From positions 1 to 9,973 of the IMG/VR virus record IMGVR_UViG_2645727991_000023: DNA of 9,973 bases; one strand, written 5' to 3'. The notes below the pieces were generated by a model, which was given only the letters and a program-made list of their open reading frames with translations, was not told the origin of the DNA and did not search any database. Both the position numbers and the translations under genes were made by a program. Numbering within the stretch: the stretch's first letter is position 1; every line of letters starts with the position of its first letter. This DNA is from a virus (Duplodnaviria; Heunggongvirae; Uroviricota; Caudoviricetes). Positions 1 through 5,393 of the stretch are shown here, in pieces.

Positions 1-771
1 TCACTTTTCCGATACAACACGGCGGGAAGAATCAGTAATCTGTCGAACAATATCCCGGTGCTTGTTCAGCTCCCGCAGCGCGGCGCAGACTCGCTCCCAC
101 TTCTGAACATCACTTTTCGCCCTGCGCAGCGCCAGGTTTGCCCTGCGAAGGGACGGAAAAATCAGCTCATCTGCTTGCGTTTCGGTAAACGATGGCAACG
201 GCTGCACAATGTCCGCCACAGTTTCTGTTTTAATTTCTTCCTGTGTTGCGGCTTCCCGGACTGGTAACGCAGCACCTGCTGGCTGAGGAAAGGCCTTACC
301 ATCATTTTCCGTTACCGGCGCGGCTTTCGGATCTGCTGGTAAATTACCCACCGGCATGCAGTAACGAAATTTACCGTTCTGATTTACGCGTGCCAGGCGC
401 CCCGTTGCTGTTACGACCGCCAACGTGGAAGCAACCTTGCGAATGCTAACACCGAACTTATCCGCCAGTTCCTCACACGTTTTAGCCCCATCCTGACCGA
501 TAAACTCAATCATCATGTCTGCGGTAACTTTTTGTTCGACCTCCCCGGTCAGCATATCCTGTGCTTCAGATTTTACTGGCCGCTCTTCGGTTACCCGGGA
601 TTCACCTTCGCCAGCCAGAAACCAGGTGTGACCAGTTTTATCAACGACGCCATTTCTTTTGAGTTCCCACAGCTCGTTGACAGCCTCTTCACGACTGATT
701 CCAAGGCGAGCTGCCACCACATGTGAAGAGGCTTTTTTCAGTGCTTTCAGTGCGTCAGATACGGTTTCCAT
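1..771 (-). CDS. Prophage protein of unknown function, DUF1627-like, with two winged-helix-like segments
   Basis: The 256-aa ORF has GGAGGAAA about 8 nt upstream of its ATG at 771. Two segments resemble wHTH modules (AARLGISREEAVNELWELKRNGVV and CEELADKFGVSIRKVASTLAVV). It sits directly downstream of the DnaC-like gene, as in many lambdoid prophages. Confidence 0.6.
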   Translation of the reverse strand: METVSDALKALKKASSHVVAARLGISREEAVNELWELKRNGVVDKTGHTWFLAGEGESRVTEERPVKSEAQDMLTGEVEQKVTADMMIEFIGQDGAKTCEELADKFGVSIRKVASTLAVVTATGRLARVNQNGKFRYCMPVGNLPADPKAAPVTENDGKAFPQPAGAALPVREAATQEEIKTETVADIVQPLPSFTETQADELIFPSLRRANLALRRAKSDVQKWERVCAALRELNKHRDIVRQITDSSRRVVSEK

Positions 772-792
772 TAAAATTTCCTCCGGACAAAA

Positions 793-1539
793 TTACTTCA
801 CAACCCTCATATTGCTGACATTTGGACGCCAGCTATCCCAGTTAAACGTCACCCATCGACCACCGTTCATGGTCATGCGGTCCATAATCCTCTCACCAAG
901 AAGTGTACTCATTGCGGCATGATTCAGGTTTGTTAACATCCCGACACTGCACAGTGATGCTGTCCGGCGATCAATTATCTGGTGCAATACCACCTGCTCG
1001 TTTTTCGTCTCCCGCTGAACGCCTATTTCATCCAGGACCAGCAAATCAACACCGCAAAGCTCCTGTAAAAATTTTTCCCCGGATTTGCCGTTGTCGTAGC
1101 TGTCATGCAACACGCTCATGACATCAGACACGGTGACGATAATCACGCTGCGCCCCTTCACCATCAGCCGGTTACCCATCGCCGCTGCAAGGTGATTTTT
1201 CCCGGTGCCGGTTTTACCGCTGAACACAAAATTCGTGCACCCGGTCATCAGTTCGTCAGCTATGGATTTGGCCTGGCTCAGCGCGTATTTTTGCCCGTCG
1301 TTCTGCACCTGATAATTTGCAAACGAGCATTTGCTGTGCAGAGGCTGGATGCCCGAACGATTCAGGATTTTTTCCACCCGCAACTGGCGATTCTGGCGGT
1401 TAATCTCCTCGCTGCGTTTTCGTCCTTCAGCAAGTTGCCATTCCCGCCACTCCTCCACCGTCCGGTACGGTGGAACCGCCCCCTGTGGTGCAAGTCTGCG
1501 AATACGTTCAAGAACCCCAACTGCCGCAATGTTTTTCAT
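793..1539 (-). CDS. DnaC/IstB-like AAA+ replicative helicase loader (lambda P analog)
   Basis: The 248-aa ORF has Walker A GKTGTGKN and Walker B LLVLDEIG. Its ATG at 1539 lies 6 nt after the stop of the upstream O-like gene, which suggests translational coupling. Confidence 0.9.
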   Translation of the reverse strand: MKNIAAVGVLERIRRLAPQGAVPPYRTVEEWREWQLAEGRKRSEEINRQNRQLRVEKILNRSGIQPLHSKCSFANYQVQNDGQKYALSQAKSIADELMTGCTNFVFSGKTGTGKNHLAAAMGNRLMVKGRSVIIVTVSDVMSVLHDSYDNGKSGEKFLQELCGVDLLVLDEIGVQRETKNEQVVLHQIIDRRTASLCSVGMLTNLNHAAMSTLLGERIMDRMTMNGGRWVTFNWDSWRPNVSNMRVVK

Positions 1540-1545
1540 GACACG

Positions 1546-2628
1546 TCACCCCCTGAATCCCGGCGGTATTTCAGTGTCCGGTTCAGAAATGTGATTCACG
1601 CAACGCTGGTTGTTCGTGCCGCTTACCGGGAGCAACCAGGGGTTTTCAAAATTCCGGTCCGGCCCAAAAAACGTCGTCGCTCGCTGAACAAATTCCGTTC
1701 CCGCTTTCCCGGTCGCCGCCAGGTATCTCGCGTAACGCCTCACACCATCCAGCATGGTCTCTGGTGGCACCCCCTCGCGCAATCTGGCCTTCCAGGCACT
1801 GAATGCGGATTTCTTCGGGTTTGCTCCGGCACGCAACGGGTACTCCCGCCAGACCTGTTCGAACACATCCGGATAATCCACTCGTCCCACAGACTGCCCG
1901 GTGTTTTCCGGGACTACCCGATCGGCTTCCCGCTGAATGGCGGAATCGGCTTCAGGCTGCTGCAGTTGGTGTGATTGCTCCGGCCTTGCGGTCATCACCT
2001 GCTGCACAGCGCCCGAATCGGCTTTCAGCGCATACGCTGAATCGGCTTCCGGTGTCGTGCCTGCTGGCTGACCAAGATTGACGGTCTGAACATCCCCTGC
2101 CTGGTTCGTGGCGTTTTTTACGCCATGGACCATAGTGTTTTGATCTTCTTGATCTGTATCTTTATCTGTATCTTTATCTGTATCTTTATCTGTCGTGACT
2201 CGTCGTGACATGTGCGTGACATTTCGTGACGCGCCGTGACAATCGCCATTTTGTTCCCACTTTCTTTCCCTCTCTCGCTGCGCCCTCTTGCGCTCTGCAG
2301 GAGATTTTGCGGTTTGCGAAATATTGCCGTTGTCCTCTTTAAGCACCTGGCGTTTTTCCCATCCAGTGATTAAATCACCATCAAGTACCCGCCCCTGCAT
2401 CGTCTGCAAAATTGAATCAATTACCTCTTCTGTCACGTCGAGCGCACTTGCCAAATCTTCTGTCGTGACATCAATGTGACCTCGCGTGACATTTCGTGAC
2501 GCGCTCACCAGGAGGTGGATATACACTGCCATCACTGTTGCAATTGGCTGCCCTGACACCCTGGCAATTGTTCGCCACTTAGGGTCATTTGGCATGTCAT
2601 GCCATAATCTGAGCCAGGCGTTAGCCAT
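1546..2628 (-). CDS. Replication initiator, lambda O / YdaU-like
   Basis: The long ORF sits immediately upstream of the helicase loader. Its N-terminus (WLRLWHDMPNDPKW...) is typical of prophage replication proteins. The gene contains iteron-like repeats and an AT-rich tandem repeat, as lambda O does. I prefer the ATG at 2628, which has AGAGG 5 nt upstream, over the GTG at 2634 used in the ORF track. Confidence 0.75.
   Translation of the reverse strand: MANAWLRLWHDMPNDPKWRTIARVSGQPIATVMAVYIHLLVSASRNVTRGHIDVTTEDLASALDVTEEVIDSILQTMQGRVLDGDLITGWEKRQVLKEDNGNISQTAKSPAERKRAQRERERKWEQNGDCHGASRNVTHMSRRVTTDKDTDKDTDKDTDQEDQNTMVHGVKNATNQAGDVQTVNLGQPAGTTPEADSAYALKADSGAVQQVMTARPEQSHQLQQPEADSAIQREADRVVPENTGQSVGRVDYPDVFEQVWREYPLRAGANPKKSAFSAWKARLREGVPPETMLDGVRRYARYLAATGKAGTEFVQRATTFFGPDRNFENPWLLPVSGTNNQRCVNHISEPDTEIPPGFRG
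2152..2193. repeat. Tandem 12-bp repeat ATCTGTATCTTT, 3.5 copies, in frame (encodes DKDT repeats on the minus strand)
   Basis: Exact copies lie at 2152-2163, 2164-2175 and 2176-2187, with a half copy at 2188-2193. The repeat is AT-rich and directly abuts the first CGTGAC cluster. Confidence 0.9.
2194..2240. repeat. Iteron-like cluster 1: five CGTGAC hexamers phased at 10-11 bp (putative origin element)
   Basis: CGTGAC starts at 2194, 2204, 2215, 2225 and 2235. The cluster contains the 21-bp block GCGTGACATTTCGTGACGCGC at 2214-2234. Confidence 0.5.
2464..2504. repeat. Iteron-like cluster 2: CGTGAC/TGTGAC hexamers phased at 10-11 bp (putative origin element)
   Basis: Hexamers start at 2464, 2475 (TGTGAC), 2485 and 2495. 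The same exact 21-bp block occurs at 2484-2504, exactly 270 bp from the copy in cluster 1. An inverted GTCACG lies at 2432-2437. Confidence 0.5.
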
Positions 2629-2699
2629 ACTCACCTCTTCTGATACCGAATCTTTTTACTCACGAGTTGCCGGAAGCGATTCGATATGGCTATTATCAC

Positions 2700-3125
2700 T
2701 CAATGCACTGCCACAGCATTTCCTGCCGGGCCACCACGGTTCATCTGATTGAAACCGGCGATTGCCACCGCGACAAAATCATCAGCGTCTCTCACCAGTC
2801 GCTCCCGCGTCTCCACCAGCTCCCGAAAATAAGCTGAACTGTGGCTGCGCATTCTGGCCACCAGCAAAGGTGGCATTGCCTTTTCGATCGCTGGTAACAA
2901 CGCCAGAATTTTTTCAACTGCATCAGGGGTGTCTTTCTCTACCCAGCGGAAAATTTTCTGGGTATTGCGAGCCAGGGCTTCCGGATGGCTGTCGTCATGC
3001 AGTTCTGGGAACGTCATACCCAGTTCAAAATAAGCCCTGGTTATTTCAGCTGCCGGAACTTTTTCACCGTCCGGATGCGCCCAGGCATTCATCGCCATGC
3101 GGATGTGTTCATGCTTGATTTTCAT
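2700..3125 (-). CDS. YdaT-family protein (functional CII analog of Rac/CP-933P-type prophages)
   Basis: The 141-aa ORF starts MKIKHEHI, like the Rac YdaT I recall, and has a similar length. It lies directly downstream of the Cro-like gene and overlaps it by 17 nt. Confidence 0.75.
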   Translation of the reverse strand: MKIKHEHIRMAMNAWAHPDGEKVPAAEITRAYFELGMTFPELHDDSHPEALARNTQKIFRWVEKDTPDAVEKILALLPAIEKAMPPLLVARMRSHSSAYFRELVETRERLVRDADDFVAVAIAGFNQMNRGGPAGNAVAVH

Positions 3126-3390
3126 GAATCAAGCTCCTAGAAAGTGGTTGTGTTAACGTTTTGGTATCTTCCAGCTCGGGCCAAATATTCATCCAATCAA
3201 AAGGCCTTAGTTGCTGACGTGTAACTTCACCATTACTGGCTCGCTCAATAAGGACACATAACGATGCCCCTAACACTTGACCTTTACTCAATGCCTTTCT
3301 TAGATAACCGATGCTGGTACCACACTCGCATGCAAACATACGCTGTTCATCTGACGAAAGAGAATTGAGAAATATTCTTAATTCTTCCAT
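3109..3390 (-). CDS. Cro-like HTH regulator, YdaS/DicC family
   Basis: The 93-aa ORF has AAGGAG (3401-3396) 5 nt upstream of its ATG. The HTH-like core is CGTSIGYLRKALSKGQ followed by IERASNGEVTRQQLRP, which is typical of YdaS-type proteins. It is divergent from the repressor gene. Confidence 0.8.
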   Translation of the reverse strand: MEELRIFLNSLSSDEQRMFACECGTSIGYLRKALSKGQVLGASLCVLIERASNGEVTRQQLRPFDWMNIWPELEDTKTLTQPLSRSLIHENQA

Positions 3391-3415
3391 AGCTACTCCT
3401 TAGTAAACACAGCAA

Positions 3416-3443
3416 AGAATACCTACAGGTAAACAAAAGTCAA
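3416..3443 (-). promoter_or_regulatory. PR-like promoter for the Cro-like operon
   Basis: On the minus strand, -35 TTGACT (3443-3438) is followed by a 16-nt spacer and -10 TATTCT (3421-3416). The operator at 3420-3431 overlaps the -10 and the spacer. Confidence 0.5.
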
Positions 3444-3497
3444 TACCCACAGGTTGTTTACCTTGCAGTAATCGCATCTATTATTTACCTATGGACA
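3420..3497. promoter_or_regulatory. OR-like operator cluster of 12-bp pseudo-palindromes, TACCY-N2-RGGTA type
   Basis: The sites are TACCTACAGGTA (3420-3431), TACCCACAGGTT (3444-3455), the weaker TACCTTGCAGTA (3459-3470) and the weaker TACCTATGGACA (3486-3497), which overlaps the repressor ATG. The first two share AATACCYACAGGT and are 24 bp apart. Confidence 0.55.
3454..3484 (+). promoter_or_regulatory. PRM-like promoter for the repressor gene, possibly giving a leaderless mRNA
   Basis: The -10 TATTAT (3479-3484) ends 6 nt before the ATG at 3491. Only weak -35 candidates exist (TTGTTT/GTTTAC, 3454-3461). There is no Shine-Dalgarno sequence before the ATG. Confidence 0.35.
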
Positions 3498-3910
3498 AAT
3501 ATGAATTTAGACGACAGCAACTCATCAAAATTCGTGATGAGAAATGCGATGGTAAAGCGGTTAACGTGGCCAGAAAGATCGGGCGCGAGCCTTCTTATGT
3601 ATCAAGAATGTTGTACCCAGAGGGGAAAAAGGGAAAAAAACGGATCGCTGATGATATGGTGGAGATTATCGAAGAGTCCTTTGGGTTACCCCGGGGATGG
3701 ATGGATGGTATCGTTTCATCATCAACGAACACAGCCTCCAGTTATGAAACAAGGGTTCTAACGCCACGACAACGTATTTTTTTAGATCTCTTAGACGAAC
3801 TGCCAGAAAGTGAAGCGGATAACTTATTAAAAACTCTTGAAGAGAAAAAACAGTATTACAATATGATCTACGAAGAAATCCGTAAAAAGAAAGCACAAAA
3901 CGCATCATAG
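3491..3910 (+). CDS. Prophage repressor, DicA-type (N-terminal HTH, C-terminal helical domain, no S24 peptidase domain)
   Basis: The 139-aa ORF is divergent from the Cro-like gene. The HTH-like segment is VNVARKIGREPSYVSRML. The C-terminal segment LTPRQRIFLDLLDELPESEADNLLKTLEE resembles the DicA C-terminus (...LELFNALPESEQ...) as I recall it. No Ala-Gly/Ser-Lys autocleavage module is present. Confidence 0.85.
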   Translation: MDKYEFRRQQLIKIRDEKCDGKAVNVARKIGREPSYVSRMLYPEGKKGKKRIADDMVEIIEESFGLPRGWMDGIVSSSTNTASSYETRVLTPRQRIFLDLLDELPESEADNLLKTLEEKKQYYNMIYEEIRKKKAQNAS

Positions 3911-3950
3911 CTCACCAAACAACTAGTCACCAGTTAAGACACCGCAAAAA

Positions 3951-3993
3951 GTTACCCATGGGTATTTACTTTTTAAATACCTATGGGTATCCT
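3951..3993 (+). promoter_or_regulatory. Candidate early-left (dicB-operon) promoter
   Basis: -35 TTTACT (3965-3970) is followed by a 17-nt spacer and -10 TATCCT (3988-3993), bracketed and overlapped by the two operators. An alternative reading is GTTACC (3951-3956) with TAAATA (3974-3979). This is a motif-level call only. Confidence 0.4.
3953..3989. promoter_or_regulatory. OL-like operator pair
   Basis: A perfect palindrome TACCCATGGGTA (3953-3964) and a near-perfect TACCTATGGGTA (3978-3989) lie 25 bp apart. They have the same half-sites as the OR cluster. Confidence 0.55.
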
Positions 3994-4314
3994 TCTTTTC
4001 ATACCAACTCACCCCGCTCCACAGAATGCAGGGCAATACTTCGAGTTACCAGGCAGTGGTCAGGGGTTAAGTAGCCAGCCCGAGGCGTAAGAACATGACG
4101 GCAGGGTTCAACTTTAATAACTATGCAGCAGGTTTTTGTTCCGCTACCCCAGCGTTAAGGGGAAACAGAGGATTTCTCAGTGGGCGAAGTCAAACATCAG
4201 AATGGAAGGCATCCAGGGATCAGCAAAGAAACAGCGATGGCGCTTTATATTGATATCAGCGCCATTGCCGGACAGGTAAGAATTATCAGAGCGGTAACTA
4301 AGCGGTATGCGCCT

Positions 4315-4515
4315 TTACTTCAGAAAGTCTCTGGTGAGTGCACCGAAGATATTGTCAACGATTTCGTCATCAAACTGCGAGGACTCATCTTCAGTTACAA
4401 GGTGACCACAATTTTTGCAGATGGCTCCCGCGAAACTGTCAGAGCCATGCGGTTTAAAGGATGTGTCAAAGACTTCGCCGCCACATTCTGGGCAAGAAAA
4501 CTTGATTGTATTCAT
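4315..4515 (-). CDS. Small acidic zinc-ribbon protein (66 aa), function unknown, antisense to the early-left operon
   Basis: The protein begins MNTIKFSCPECGG and continues through CKNCG, giving two CxxC pairs 21 residues apart. GAGAGG (4530-4525) lies 9 nt upstream of the ATG at 4515. Its codon usage is better than that of the in-register plus-strand ORF. The track's TTG start at 4521 is unlikely. Confidence 0.55.
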   Translation of the reverse strand: MNTIKFSCPECGGEVFDTSFKPHGSDSFAGAICKNCGHLVTEDESSQFDDEIVDNIFGALTRDFLK

Positions 4516-4607
4516 AACCAATTTCCTCTCGAGTAACAGACCCCTCAGAGGATACCACCTCGCCTGACGTGGTTAAAAGCAGGCAACGCTAACCACAAGG
4601 AGCCGAC

Positions 4608-4826
4608 ATGCAGAAACGAGAACCCGTCATCATCGCGCCAGACTATACCGATGATGAACTTTATGAGTGGATGCACCAGAAAATTAAGGCAGCGCAGGAC
4701 CTGAAATGGGCCAATGAAGCCAGGGCTAAGCAAGCTGAAAATCTGTCCGCTCTGGAGCAGGATATCACCAATCTGGAAAAAGCAGCGGCATTAAGCATTG
4801 CCAGAATGATTACATACCCGCGTTAA
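4608..4826 (+). CDS. ydfC: YdfC-like small protein of the dicB operon
   Basis: The 72-aa ORF has AAGGAG (4597-4602) 5 nt upstream of its ATG. Its length and position, the last CDS before the dicF spacer, match ydfC in K-12 Qin. I recognise it mainly by synteny. Confidence 0.7.
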   Translation: MQKREPVIIAPDYTDDELYEWMHQKIKAAQDLKWANEARAKQAENLSALEQDITNLEKAAALSIARMITYPR

Positions 4827-5166
4827 TAGCTAACCAACGAAGCTAAGGTTGGTAATTAAGGAGTTCTCCACGGGTGAGGTGGAGTGCGTGCGCCGGACAC
4901 GGGTGAGCATCCGGCACTGACAGTTTACTGAAAGGATATTTCCCTGAAAAGTCAGGGCATAACGCGAAAGCGCACGGCGAGGTAGCTGGTTCATAGATAG
5001 CCTGTCGTTAAATTTTCGTCGACCGTGCGCTTCCGGTTGTGGCACTCCGCGAAATGGCGCGGCGGTAAGTATGGCGGGGTTATTCCTTCCCCGTTGAGGA
5101 CACCGGGTTGTCAGGTTGACCATACGCTTAAGTGACAACCCCGCTGCAACGCCCTCTGTTATCAAT
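4827..5166 (+). other. Hairpin-dense untranslated spacer (upstream part of the dicF precursor)
   Basis: No plus-strand ORF here has both a start codon and an RBS. The stems are 4833-4838/4848-4853, 4866-4871/4879-4884, 4892-4897/4910-4915, 4942-4947/4952-4957, 4970-4980/5019-5030, 5047-5051/5058-5062, 5075-5079/5089-5093 and a 9-bp stem at 5105-5113/5133-5141. Confidence 0.5.
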
Positions 5167-5219
5167 TTTCTGGTGACGTTTGGCGGTATCAGTTTTACTC
5201 CGTGGCTGCTCTGCCGCCC
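5167..5219 (+). ncRNA. dicF: DicF small RNA (Hfq-dependent sRNA that inhibits ftsZ translation)
   Basis: The sequence TTTCTGGTGACGTTTGGCGGTATCAGTTTTACTCCGTGGCTGCTCTGCCGCCC matches the 53-nt K-12 DicF sequence as I recall it, apart from about one base. It is followed by T5. It sits between ydfC-like and dicB homologs, 174 nt upstream of dicB, as in Qin. Confidence 0.85.
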
Positions 5220-5224
5220 TTTTT
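5182..5224 (+). terminator. Intrinsic terminator forming the DicF 3' end
   Basis: GGCGG (5182-5186) pairs with CCGCC (5214-5218), with inner CAG/CTG pairs (5190-5192/5207-5209). An alternative local hairpin is GGCTGC-tct-GCCGCC. A TTTTT run follows at 5220-5224. Confidence 0.65.
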
Positions 5225-5226
5225 AA

Positions 5227-5378
5227 AGTGAATTTTGTGATGTGGTGAATGCGGCTGAGCGCACGCGGAACAGTTAAAACCAAAAACAGTGTTATGGGTG
5301 GATTCTCTGTATCCGGCGTTAATTGTTAACTGGTTAACGTCACCTGGAGGCACCAGGCACTGCATCACAAAATTCATT
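5227..5378 (+). promoter_or_regulatory. Long-range 21-bp RNA helix enclosing 110 nt between the dicF terminator and the dicB RBS (candidate RNase III site or translational control element)
   Basis: Positions 5227-5247 pair with 5358-5378. The core is the 12-bp perfect pairing AATTTTGTGATG/CATCACAAAATT, extended on both sides, with 3 G-U pairs in total. The 3' arm ends 3 nt before the dicB SD GAGGA (5382-5386). Confidence 0.5.
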
Positions 5379-5393
5379 GTTGAGGACGCGATA

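Noticed and set aside
1865-1885. DnaA-box-like sequence TAATCCACT inside the O-like gene
   Set aside because: It has two mismatches to TTATCCACA and occurs only once, which is consistent with chance.
1105-1974. 289-aa plus-strand ORF, together with other plus-strand ORFs at 58-267, 243-449, 532-726, 659-922, 903-1121, 1331-1594, 1803-2081, 2288-2479, 2486-2752 and 2762-3118
   Set aside because: All lie antisense inside well-supported minus-strand genes. Their composition is Arg/Pro/Ser/Cys-rich and they lack RBSs, so they are shadow ORFs.
2152-2193. 12-bp tandem repeat considered as a CRISPR-like or intergenic satellite repeat
   Set aside because: The units are contiguous with no spacers, in frame, and lie inside the O-like CDS. 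I interpret the repeat as a coding repeat and possible AT-rich origin element instead.
4095-4253. 52-aa plus-strand ORF (GAGG 9 nt upstream of the ATG) in the position where Qin has ydfA
   Set aside because: The sequence (MTAGFNFNNYAAGF...RGNRGFLSGRSQ...) is low-complexity and Arg/Ser/Gly-rich. It does not resemble YdfA as I recall it and has no arginine-rich N-type motif. The evidence is too weak to call.
4180-4536. 118-aa plus-strand ORF (GTG start, AGAGGA 7 nt upstream) that fully overlaps the zinc-ribbon ORF
   Set aside because: It is the exact in-register antisense frame of the minus-strand ORF, which is the classic shadow-ORF frame. It is rich in rare AGA, AGG, CGA, CGG and GGA codons and has no recognisable motif, while the minus-strand frame has a clean double-CxxC zinc ribbon. 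It is not fully excluded, and comparative synonymous-site analysis would settle the question.
4516-4607. LexA (SOS) box upstream of the zinc-ribbon gene
   Set aside because: The only CTG...CAG symmetry present (minus strand, CCTGCTTTTAACCACGTCAGG) has a 13-nt spacer rather than the CTG-N10-CAG of the LexA box.
4942-4957. boxB-like hairpin CCCTGA-AAAG-TCAGGG read as a lambda-type nut site
   Set aside because: No boxA-like CGCTCTTA is nearby and no N-like arginine-rich-motif protein is encoded in the early-left region. I kept it only as part of the structured-spacer finding.
4827-5390. Structured non-coding region considered as a retron msr/msd, a group I intron or type III toxin-antitoxin repeats
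   Set aside because: No reverse transcriptase gene is present and no split host ORF flanks the region. There are no tandem repeats of an antitoxin unit. Recognition of DicF and dicB explains the locus better.
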